A stretch of DNA of 49,908 nt from Deltaproteobacteria bacterium (GTDB lineage Bacteria; Desulfobacterota; Syntrophia; Syntrophales; Smithellaceae), in contig JAKLES010000002.1 in NCBI GenBank assembly GCA_022711575.1, forward strand, positions 1-49,908, written 5' to 3'. The translations under genes were made by a program, and so were the position numbers. Below the pieces are notes generated by a model, which searched no databases, was not told the origin of the DNA, and saw only the letters and a list, made by a program, of their open reading frames with translations. Positions 8,476 through 15,915 of the stretch are shown one piece after another. Position 1 is the first letter of the stretch. The number at the start of each line of letters is the position of its first letter.

Positions 8476-8895
8476 TTAAGCTTTCTTAGTGAATTGTTTA
8501 ACAAAACCATCAATAGTGTTCATCCTCGCTTCTTGTGTTAGTCCATTCCAAAAATCCTTAGAAAGCGTATTAAACAACATAAAACACGCAACTTTTACAT
8601 TTTGTGCATCTTCTCCTTTTAAAGCATATTTTGAAATATACCAATCTGCACATCCACTAGCAGTAGAAAGATTAAAATCCTTTACTATTCCTCCTCCGGG
8701 AAGCATTATACTTCCTACTGGAAGTTCTGGCTGTGCACTAGGTTGTGTTCCAGGCAACGAGGGAAGTATTGTAGGCTGAGGTTGAGTTCCTGGGAGGGTT
8801 GGAGGATTAGGTTTATTAAGTCCTCCAAAACTCACTGTCACATCTCCCTCAACTTTTACAACAGTTCCATCTGAAGTTTTAATTTCAATAATCAT
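8476..8895 (-). CDS. Hypothetical protein with Pro/Gln-rich linker
   Basis: 139-aa ORF with the internal repeat LPGTQPQPTILPSLPGTQPSAQPELP. Confidence 0.5.
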   Translation of the reverse strand: MIIEIKTSDGTVVKVEGDVTVSFGGLNKPNPPTLPGTQPQPTILPSLPGTQPSAQPELPVGSIMLPGGGIVKDFNLSTASGCADWYISKYALKGEDAQNVKVACFMLFNTLSKDFWNGLTQEARMNTIDGFVKQFTKKA

Positions 8896-8898
8896 ATC

Positions 8899-9348
8899 TT
8901 ATCCTATAATCTCAGCCTCTACTATAGAAGGACCATGTCCCTCGGAGGCTTTAGCTAATTGGTTTTCTGCAAGTTTCTTTGTCTGCATTATCTCTAATGC
9001 AAAATTCCTCAACAACCCAAGTGCTTCTTTTGCTGCATGGTTTTTGACCCTCGCATTATTTCTACCAGAAGCCTCCTCAATTACAAATTGTGCAGCTTTA
9101 AGTCTTACTCCATCATTTTGGGCATTGTGCATAATCTCCGTAATAACCCCAAGTGCAGCTTCCTCGTGGGTTTTAGAGCTTTCTTCGGAGGAAAACTTCT
9201 TAGCCACATTTGCGAGGGAGAGTTTTCTGCGAAACTTCTCTGTCACCACACAAACATTCGTGATATCCAGCTCAAGAGCCTCTGCAATCTCTTGATCTGT
9301 CATCCCGCTTCTCACAAAGCTCTCTAGTTGTTTCTCAAACGAACTCAT
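8899..9348 (-). CDS. Helix-turn-helix protein, possible small terminase subunit
   Basis: 149 aa and the first gene of the late operon. It contains GMTDQEIAEALELDITNVCVVTEKFRRKL, a sigma-70 region 4 / LuxR-like HTH pattern. The small-terminase call is positional only. Confidence 0.4.
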   Translation of the reverse strand: MSSFEKQLESFVRSGMTDQEIAEALELDITNVCVVTEKFRRKLSLANVAKKFSSEESSKTHEEAALGVITEIMHNAQNDGVRLKAAQFVIEEASGRNNARVKNHAAKEALGLLRNFALEIMQTKKLAENQLAKASEGHGPSIVEAEIIG

Positions 9349-9433
9349 TTTCCACGAGGTCTGCTTTTAGTTCTCTAACCTGCTCACTAGGTATTACCTC
9401 TGGGGTAAAGTAAAATCTCATATCTTACTTCTA

Positions 9434-9453
9434 CTTAAGCATTTTCCATGCCA
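9434..9453 (-). promoter_or_regulatory. Sigma-54 type (-24/-12) promoter candidate for the late (virion) operon
   Basis: The minus strand reads TGGCATGGAAAATGCTTAAG. GG is at 9452-9451 and GC at 9440-9439, 10 nt apart. It is about 90 nt upstream of the first late ORF. It matches the site at 17565-17582 at 17 consecutive positions. Confidence 0.7.
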
Positions 9454-10086
9454 TCGAGTTTCTCCTTACTTCCTACTAAGCTTTCTAATTTTACTTTAAA
9501 CTACATAAAATATCTAGTTTTTAAAATTTGAATTTTATGAGAGAGAGTCATGTGTTATTCGCGTATGCGATCGCGGCCCTCTCCCCACCAGCAAGTTCAG
9601 CTCCCAGGATAATTGCTATCTACACTTCGTGGTCTAGGATCTAGCTCATATCTAGTTGTTGCAAGTCTGGGAAAGCAACTAGCAGGAAGTCTGAACTTCA
9701 AAACTTCATGGATTAGGCTTCCTGGAAGATCTGGGATTTTGCTCTCTGGGGATTGAGAGTAGTTTAATCTTAAGTAAGATACTAATATTAGTAAGGATAT
9801 AATGATTCAATAGGTGTGATCGGCAATTTCTTCCTAGCGTTTAAACTCTCTAGGATTGATTATAAGAAGCCGTGTAGCCTTCTTGCTATAACCATATTAG
9901 AAATTACTTCCGCTTTTTGTAAACTACTAACTATCAGGAACAACGGCAAAAAAAATTCTTAAATAAATACAGGCTTCCAAGCTCCTATAATTGATCCTAG
10001 AGCTTTTCTTTAACATTAAAGCTTTAGTTAGAGTTTTGTTTTAGGGGTAAAAAAGTGACTTGAGCCCTAGGCGTGTGAGTAAAATC

Positions 10087-10140
10087 AAAAAAAAATTTTT
10101 TTTAGAGATTTTTTTGTTTTGTTTATTTTTTTGTTTTTAT
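10087..10140. other. A/T tract (A9T8 palindrome followed by T-runs), possible DNA-unwinding element
   Basis: The sequence is caaaaaaaaattttttttagagatttttttgttttgtttatttttttgtttttatttg. It lies in the divergent non-coding region next to the iteron-like repeats. Confidence 0.4.
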
Positions 10141-10187
10141 TTGTATAAGATAATGTCATATGTTTTTTTGGAGCCTAAAGCAAAAAA

Positions 10188-10334
10188 GTAAATAAAGAAA
10201 AAGCAAGAGAAAACTTCAGATCCCCCCCTCGTAAGGATTGTGGGGAAGTAAAGAAAAAGCAAGGAAAAACTTTAGAAAACCTAGAAAGCAAGCTGCAAAG
10301 CAAGCATCCCCCTCGTGGAGATGATGGGGAAGTA
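10188..10334. repeat. Two imperfect tandem iteron-like repeats, each with a CCCC..GGGG hairpin core; AAGCAAG occurs 4 times
   Basis: Unit 1 (10188-10250) is gtaaataaagaaaaagcaagagaaaacttcagatccccccctcgtaaggattgtggggaagta. Unit 2 (10248-10334) has the same ends with a ~24-nt insert. AAGCAAG recurs near 10201, 10258, 10287 and 10300. Confidence 0.6.
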
Positions 10335-10380
10335 GAGTTTGGTGGAGCTATAGCTTAAGGGATTGTAAAAAATTTAGGGT

Positions 10381-10401
10381 GCGAAGCATAAAGTATGCCA
10401 A
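10381..10401 (-). promoter_or_regulatory. Sigma-54 type (-24/-12) promoter candidate firing leftward into the non-coding region
   Basis: The minus strand reads TTGGCATACTTTATGCTTCGC. GG is at 10399-10398 and GC at 10387-10386, 10 nt apart. It lies back to back with the rightward sigma-70-like promoter at 10452. Confidence 0.6.
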
Positions 10402-10451
10402 GAGAGAGGCAAAAAGTAAAATAAAGTTTAGAATATTTCACTGTTAGGGGC

Positions 10452-10479
10452 TTGACAAGAGCGGAAATGGGGTTAAAAT
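10452..10479 (+). promoter_or_regulatory. Sigma-70-like early promoter candidate
   Basis: TTGACA (10452-10457), a 16-nt spacer, then TAAAAT (10474-10479). It lies upstream of the first plus-strand genes. Confidence 0.5.
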
Positions 10480-10493
10480 AAAAGGAAAAAACC

Positions 10494-10556
10494 ATGAAAA
10501 AAATAGTATCGACAATTGAGCTACCCTGCATCGAAGGGGACATATTTAGATTCTAA
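10494..10556 (+). CDS. 20-codon leader ORF (MKKIVSTIELPCIEGDIFRF)
   Basis: The ATG is about 15 nt after the -10 box, with AAAGGA 8 nt upstream. The stop codon TAA (10554-10556) directly abuts the 5' arm of the terminator hairpin. Confidence 0.3.
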   Translation: MKKIVSTIELPCIEGDIFRF

Positions 10557-10587
10557 TCCGGAGGATTTTAATCCACCGGATTTTTTT
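10557..10587 (+). terminator. Intrinsic terminator / attenuator upstream of the first early gene
   Basis: TCCGGAGGATT (10557-10567) pairs with AATCCACCGGA (10570-10580) with one mismatch. A T7 run follows (10581-10587). Confidence 0.6.
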
Positions 10588-10612
10588 GTTCACAAATAAC
10601 CTATAAAAACCT

Positions 10613-10861
10613 ATGAGAAATCTTGAAAACGAAGTAAACAGCCGAAGGGATCAAGTGGAGAGAATCCTAACTCGATTTTACACCGAATACCCAGATACTC
10701 CACACAATGGTGCTCCATCCCAAAGTCTAAGGGTAAAGGTAGCGATTAACACCCTTAAACACTTGTTTCCATGGCAGAAAAAATCCTGGATGCAAGATAT
10801 TAATTTTCTCGAAGATTGGTCAACACTTCACCGAGCGTTGACTATTATTGACAAGGACTAA
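10613..10861 (+). CDS. Early hypothetical protein
   Basis: 82-aa ORF and the first gene after the leader. Its start context ataaaaacctATG is identical to that of the next gene. Confidence 0.5.
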   Translation: MRNLENEVNSRRDQVERILTRFYTEYPDTPHNGAPSQSLRVKVAINTLKHLFPWQKKSWMQDINFLEDWSTLHRALTIIDKD

Positions 10862-10941
10862 ATTCGTGCAATCCCTTTGTGGATTGCATAGATCCACCAA
10901 AAAACTTGATGGATCTAACACAATCCACAAAATAAAAACCT

Positions 10942-11349
10942 ATGAAAGACAAAATCACAACCAAGGTTAACACCGTAGAGATTACACTCAGTCTCCTAAC
11001 AAAAAAAGGAGACACTGAGACTTACTATGGTATTAGTGATGAAACGCTCAAAGCAATTAGCTTTGATGACTTGAAGCAAGTCATTGGCAACGAAACAATT
11101 GTCAAAGATTGGCTCCAACAAACTCTTAACTTGCGCCTGCAGAAAGCGCAAAATGAGTATAAGCTCAGTCCTGGTGACGAAGAGTTCATCAAGTTCGCAG
11201 AGAATGGCTGGAGGAAAAATCGCAAAGATGAACTCAAGAGTACAATTGACGAGTTCAACAAAAAGATCATGGCCGCGCTCCGGGAAGGTAAAAAAGATGT
11301 AGCACAAGAATTAATGGATGAAATGCAAAAGTTTGTATTAAATCAATAA
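10942..11349 (+). CDS. Early hypothetical protein
   Basis: 135-aa ORF with the ataaaaacctATG start context. The antisense ORFs overlapping it look like shadows. Confidence 0.55.
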   Translation: MKDKITTKVNTVEITLSLLTKKGDTETYYGISDETLKAISFDDLKQVIGNETIVKDWLQQTLNLRLQKAQNEYKLSPGDEEFIKFAENGWRKNRKDELKSTIDEFNKKIMAALREGKKDVAQELMDEMQKFVLNQ

Positions 11350-11377
11350 TTCAAACCTTGAAAGTCAAATTCTAGCT

Positions 11378-11590
11378 ATGAAAAAATACTTAGCCTTATT
11401 GCTTGTGAAAGCACATTCACAAGAGGATTTATCGCAACTTAAAGAAATTGCCAAAGATATTTTAGTGATGGAGGCAATTAAGTTGAAACATGAACAATTC
11501 CTATGTGATAAGGAATTGCGAGATCTTAATAGCATCTCAGGCTATAATTATGCAGTTCGTGAAGAAGTAGCTAAATGGGCAAAATTATGA
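11378..11590 (+). CDS. Early hypothetical protein
   Basis: 70-aa ORF overlapping the next gene by 16 nt. Confidence 0.45.
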   Translation: MKKYLALLLVKAHSQEDLSQLKEIAKDILVMEAIKLKHEQFLCDKELRDLNSISGYNYAVREEVAKWAKL

Positions 11591-11946
11591 ATCTTCAAGA
11601 TTTATTAATCTCAGAAGTATCTAGCTTAATTGAAAGCTGGCTTCGATTCCACCCGCAAAGGATAGTGGCTTCTGAAGTAGCCTCTGAGCTTAAAAAACTC
11701 CATCCAGAAGATTGGAGCTTTATCCCAGTTGAAGGTGGCAATCTAGTCAAAGTATGCTACGTCTCTACCGCAGAACGTTGGGAGAAAGCATATCAACGCG
11801 AACAAGCCGCAATCAAAGCGGCCAATGAACAACGAAGTAAAGCACTTGCAGAGGAGGAGGAAATCCTTAGCAAGATAGGAGGAAAACTTGACAAGAATCA
11901 AGTTGAAAAGTTTATGAGACTTAAAAGGATGATTGACAACCTATAA
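11575..11946 (+). CDS. Early hypothetical protein
   Basis: 123-aa ORF followed by a strong terminator. Confidence 0.5.
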   Translation: MGKIMNLQDLLISEVSSLIESWLRFHPQRIVASEVASELKKLHPEDWSFIPVEGGNLVKVCYVSTAERWEKAYQREQAAIKAANEQRSKALAEEEEILSKIGGKLDKNQVEKFMRLKRMIDNL

Positions 11947-11970
11947 GTAGCGTCAATTAAATTACCACAA

Positions 11971-12008
11971 AACACCCCAAGGTTAAAATCTTGGGGTGTT
12001 TTTGTTTT
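11971..12008 (+). terminator. Intrinsic terminator ending the first early transcription unit
   Basis: AACACCCCAAG (11971-11981) pairs with CTTGGGGTGTT (11990-12000) across an 8-nt loop. TTTGTTTT follows. Confidence 0.7.
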
Positions 12009-12023
12009 CCAAGGAAAAACCAT

Positions 12024-14201
12024 ATGACAATAGAAGAAATAAAAATCCACAATTATATTGTGGATAAATTACGAACCGACGATAAATGGCTTAAGCGCGC
12101 TTTGGTGCGATTGTATGAGTGTCAAGAAGCCGATGAACAAAGCCAACAAACAACAAAACATCTTAACGGCAGGGGATTTGATTATGCTGATAGTGATTTT
12201 TGCTCATCCGTAGCAGAATACATCCAAGCCAAAGGAGATTTTTCTCCCTCGGGTAAACAACAAGTAGCTTTGCGAAAGTGCTTGCCGAAATATTGGAAAC
12301 AAGTCTGGGATTTCATTCCCTCCGCGAAGCAACAAGAGATACTTGCAAGCTTGTCCCCTACGAGCGTCAGCGAGGCTGGAATGTCAAATGGTCAAAGGGA
12401 AAAAACTTTAACGTTACAAAACACCCCGCCAAGCGATTCAAATGATGCTCCCCTTGTGTCTATACCCCCCGCTTTGCAAGATGCACTGGCATTAGTGCCC
12501 GAAAGCACCTGCCAGCAATCTAGTGACATTGTAGTTGTAGATAGTTTACCGGAAGTAAAACAAGTAAATGATGTAATTCTTGCACAAGATACTTACTCTC
12601 TAGAAAAGATAATCGAAGCTTGCGAAAAAGCCGAAACAAGCTCGCAGCTTAAGTTTCTCCAGCCTTTCCAAAAAGAGGAATGTATTGCATTAGTTAATTC
12701 TATTGCTAATCATAATGGTGAACAGCTTGTTGCAGGAACAGGAACAGGAAAAACTTATATCTATGCTTTAGCATTTAAAGCACTAGAATTGCTAGGCTTC
12801 TTTGATGGAACTAAGACCGGGTGGATGGTAGTAACTTTTAAAACCGCAGTAAAACAAACTCAAAGAGTAATTAAAAAAGCCTGTCTTAAAACTTCAGGTT
12901 ATGTCATGGGCTATGATGCCCTTAGATCAACTATTGGAGAAGTATTTCTTAGCTGGCATACGGAAATAAAAAATGGCCAGCCTAGTTTTTATACTGTTTG
13001 GGACAAGAATTTTGCTCCTCGGGTTTGTTTATTTGATGAAAATCAAGCACTCAAGAATAATGGAACCTTGCGAGAAGATGTCTTACTAGGCTATATTAAC
13101 CTTGCTTCTGCTAATCCTGAGGAAAAGTTTATTCCAGTATTTACCAGTGCCACACCTTGGACAAGAGTAAGTGAAATGAAGCTAAGTGTAATTGCGCTTA
13201 GACCTTACATTGAATATCCTGATCCATATTGGTATGGAAAGAAAATCAAGTCTAGGATTACAGAAAATACTTGGAATAGATTCGCAAAGTCCATATGTCG
13301 CAATCCAGAAGATTACAATGCTGCGGCATTAAAACGTGCAATAGACACATTAAATGAATACAATCCGGGATTAATTCGTGTAGTAAAAGGTGTGAGATTT
13401 CCTCATAGGGGATTCATTAAACACGTGCTAATGCAATTCAAAACTCAGGAGGAAGCAAAGTTTTATCAACAAGCCTATGAGGATTATCTTAGGGAATTAG
13501 CAAAAATAAACAAAGCTTCCCCCGGCTGGTTTGCAGCAAAACTTGTTGCAATGCTAAAGTTTAGGATGCGTGCAGAGGAAATTAAAGCCCCATATCTTGC
13601 AGAACAGGCAATCCAACATATCAAGGAAGGCAAACAAGTAATTGTTGGATCTAACTTTATTAAAACTGTTGAAATTGTTTCCTCTCTAGTAGAAGCCGCA
13701 GGCTACAAAGTTTCACTTATTGTTGGTGGTCAAAGTGCAGAAAAGAGACAATCAAATGTGGATAGATTCCAGGAAGGCAAAGCTGAATGCGCTTGTGTAG
13801 CTTTGCGCGCCGGCGGTGTGGCTCTAAGCCTACACCACGACCGTGATACATCACGCCCTCGAATTGTTCTTGTGCCGCCAACCTGGAGTGCAATAGAAAT
13901 GGTACAATTCCTTGGCCGTGCTGTTCGTATAGACTCCCTTACAGATACCATACAATATATTTGTTGGTTCGCAGGAACAATTGAAGAACATGTTTCCTCG
14001 AAAGTAGCAACAAAGATGAGTGCAATTAAAGGTTATGTTGGCAAAAAAGAAACATGGAGCAAAGCTTATGAAAGCTCAAACGAAGTTGATGAGACTGAGA
14101 TAAGTGAAAGACTTGTTACAGATGCAGAAGAAACTGATGAAGATGGAAACATCAAAGAAATAAATGAAGAAGAAGTAGAGATGATATTGGGAGAAGATTA
14201 A
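12024..14201 (+). CDS. SNF2 / DEAD-like superfamily-2 helicase
   Basis: Motif I is LVAGTGTGKTYIY and motif II is CLFDENQALKN. The C-terminal helicase domain shows VIVGSNF..LIVGGQS..RFQEGKAECACVALRAGGVALSLH. The track start at 11991 lies inside the terminator hairpin, so the start is moved to the ATG at 12024 (context aaaaaccatATG). Confidence 0.7.
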   Translation: MTIEEIKIHNYIVDKLRTDDKWLKRALVRLYECQEADEQSQQTTKHLNGRGFDYADSDFCSSVAEYIQAKGDFSPSGKQQVALRKCLPKYWKQVWDFIPSAKQQEILASLSPTSVSEAGMSNGQREKTLTLQNTPPSDSNDAPLVSIPPALQDALALVPESTCQQSSDIVVVDSLPEVKQVNDVILAQDTYSLEKIIEACEKAETSSQLKFLQPFQKEECIALVNSIANHNGEQLVAGTGTGKTYIYALAFKALELLGFFDGTKTGWMVVTFKTAVKQTQRVIKKACLKTSGYVMGYDALRSTIGEVFLSWHTEIKNGQPSFYTVWDKNFAPRVCLFDENQALKNNGTLREDVLLGYINLASANPEEKFIPVFTSATPWTRVSEMKLSVIALRPYIEYPDPYWYGKKIKSRITENTWNRFAKSICRNPEDYNAAALKRAIDTLNEYNPGLIRVVKGVRFPHRGFIKHVLMQFKTQEEAKFYQQAYEDYLRELAKINKASPGWFAAKLVAMLKFRMRAEEIKAPYLAEQAIQHIKEGKQVIVGSNFIKTVEIVSSLVEAAGYKVSLIVGGQSAEKRQSNVDRFQEGKAECACVALRAGGVALSLHHDRDTSRPRIVLVPPTWSAIEMVQFLGRAVRIDSLTDTIQYICWFAGTIEEHVSSKVATKMSAIKGYVGKKETWSKAYESSNEVDETEISERLVTDAEETDEDGNIKEINEEEVEMILGED

Positions 14202-14206
14202 AAATT

Positions 14207-14374
14207 ATGAAACCTAAAAATATGGTAATTACATATAAAATTATAAACCTTCTAATAAATGAAGGCTGTAGTATAAATGATGTTTATGAGATTTTCTTTC
14301 TGCTAAAGAAGTCTTATGATAAAATAACTTCTGACATGTTAAACTTAAAAGAAACAACAAATATTAATAATTAA
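14207..14374 (+). CDS. Small hypothetical protein (55 aa, below the track cutoff)
   Basis: Read by eye: MKPKNMVITYKIINLLINEGCSINDVYEIFFLLKKSYDKITSDMLNLKETTNINN. It fills the gap between the helicase and the next ORF. Confidence 0.3.
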   Translation: MKPKNMVITYKIINLLINEGCSINDVYEIFFLLKKSYDKITSDMLNLKETTNINN

Positions 14375-14379
14375 AGACT

Positions 14380-14811
14380 ATGAAAACTTATTATAAACTT
14401 GTTTATAAATATCTGTATGAATATAGAAGTTGTAGTGTTTACATGCAACCATATTCTATTTCATATCCTCCTAATAGTATTATAAAAGCACCAGAAAGCG
14501 GACCAATATTTATATTTGATTCTAAAGAACATTTAGATGATTATGCAAATTATTATTGTAAAAGGACGAATTTATACTATTATAAAGTTCACGCACTAGG
14601 TGTGAGAAAACCATTAAGCATTTGTGATTATGTTCTCATTACTTATAAACTTACTTATAAAGAGTATTCTCCAGACCTTTTTTGGAGACAAATGAAAGAG
14701 GTAAATACTGATCTTATAATTAGTAATAATAATATGTATGTTATGCATGCTCCAACAGGAACATTAGTAGCAAGAGTTATTAAAACCCTCGGAGAAGCAA
14801 TCAAATTATGA
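14380..14811 (+). CDS. Hypothetical protein, apparent distant paralogue of 15916-16293
   Basis: 143 aa. It shares ordered landmarks with the 125-aa ORF: MKxYK.V, Y[RK]SC, G.[IL]F[IV]F, FW and AP.GT. Confidence 0.5.
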   Translation: MKTYYKLVYKYLYEYRSCSVYMQPYSISYPPNSIIKAPESGPIFIFDSKEHLDDYANYYCKRTNLYYYKVHALGVRKPLSICDYVLITYKLTYKEYSPDLFWRQMKEVNTDLIISNNNMYVMHAPTGTLVARVIKTLGEAIKL

Positions 14812-15545
14812 ACCCAAAACTAGCAAGACGCTTACGGGACGAAGGTGCTCTTGGAATAGCAAGAAAGTTCCTACAAGAGTCTAAGTTAGACTCCTTTATT
14901 GGATCTTCTCCAGCAGTAGCTAGGCTTAAAGAACGTGTAGAGAAACTGAGAGGAAGAAAAGAAAGTATCTTAATCCTCGGAGAAAGTGGAACAGGCAAAG
15001 AACTTATTGCACGTGCTTTGCACGAAGATAGTTTTGGTCCTTTTGTAGGTGTTAATCTTTCAGCTTTACCAGAAACCCTAGCTGAGAGTTTGTTATTTGG
15101 TTCAGTAAAGGGATCATTTACAGGAAGTAATGAGAACAAAATTGGTATGTTCCAGCAAGCAGGAAAAGGAACATTGTTTCTTGATGAACTTGCAGAGATA
15201 GAGGTGGGACTGCAAGTAAAATTACTTCGAGTATTACAAGAAAGGGAATACTACCCAGTAGGTTCAACAATATTAGAGAAGTTAGAATGTAGAATAATCT
15301 CCGCAACAAACAACACAACATTGAAAGGATTAAGACTAGACTTAATAGAAAGACTAGGAACATTTAGAATACATATTCCTCCGCTAAGAGAAAGGCTAGA
15401 AGATATAAAAGAAATAGCAGAAAGTTTCTTAGAAGAAGAACTCCCAGAGGAACTTATTGACAAATTAAAAAATTATAATTGGCCCGGAAACGTCCGTGAA
15501 TTACAGAACAAGTTATTAAATTGGAAAACATTTGGAGAGTTATGA
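14808..15545 (+). CDS. Sigma-54-interacting AAA+ activator (bacterial enhancer-binding protein central domain only)
   Basis: Full-length motif match to the NtrC/PspF central domain. Motifs seen: ILILGESGTGKELIARALH (Walker A), LLFGSVKGSFTGS (GAFTGA loop variant), GTLFLDELAEI (Walker B), LLRVLQEREYYPVGS, CRIISATN, IHIPPLRERLEDI and NWPGNVRELQN. It has no receiver or sensor domain and no C-terminal HTH. Confidence 0.85.
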   Translation: MNPKLARRLRDEGALGIARKFLQESKLDSFIGSSPAVARLKERVEKLRGRKESILILGESGTGKELIARALHEDSFGPFVGVNLSALPETLAESLLFGSVKGSFTGSNENKIGMFQQAGKGTLFLDELAEIEVGLQVKLLRVLQEREYYPVGSTILEKLECRIISATNNTTLKGLRLDLIERLGTFRIHIPPLRERLEDIKEIAESFLEEELPEELIDKLKNYNWPGNVRELQNKLLNWKTFGEL

Positions 15546-15874
15546 ATAAAAAACAGTATAAAATTTATTGTGATAAAGTAGAAAAAGAAACTAAAGGTCT
15601 AATTGTTTCAACTGGAGCTTGTCCCGGATGTAATGAATGCAACTTAGATAAAAATGCTACTGATGAAGAAATAGATATTGCTAATGAACCAAGTTTCTCT
15701 TGGTATTGTTGTAATATTTGTAACACAAGACTTGGAGGAGATAGGTATTATGCTCATGGTATAAATAAAAATAATAAGATTATTCATTTTAATATTTGTT
15801 TAGACTGTTTGATGTATTTAAATTATGGTCAACTTGATGATATGACAATGTTAGATATGGAAAAGGAAGATTAG
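15521..15874 (+). CDS. Cys-rich (zinc-finger-like) small protein
   Basis: 117 aa with CPGCNEC, CCNICNTRLGG and FNICLDC clusters. Confidence 0.5.
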   Translation: MENIWRVMNKKQYKIYCDKVEKETKGLIVSTGACPGCNECNLDKNATDEEIDIANEPSFSWYCCNICNTRLGGDRYYAHGINKNNKIIHFNICLDCLMYLNYGQLDDMTMLDMEKED

Positions 15875-15915
15875 TAATTAAATTACACTTATAAAATAAA
15901 TATACCTTAGAAACT

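Noticed and set aside
9540-9780. tRNA or other classical RNA gene in the relatively G+C-rich part of the non-coding region; CRISPR array anywhere
   Set aside because: I could find no T-loop (GTTCRANYC) or cloverleaf arrangement, and no regularly spaced direct repeats. Only isolated hairpins are present. An unclassified ncRNA cannot be excluded.
10355-10543. 62-aa minus-strand ORF in the central non-coding region
   Set aside because: It spans the early promoter, the leader ORF and the -24/-12 element. It has no plausible start context, and its hydrophobic, low-complexity translation reflects the A/T-rich DNA.
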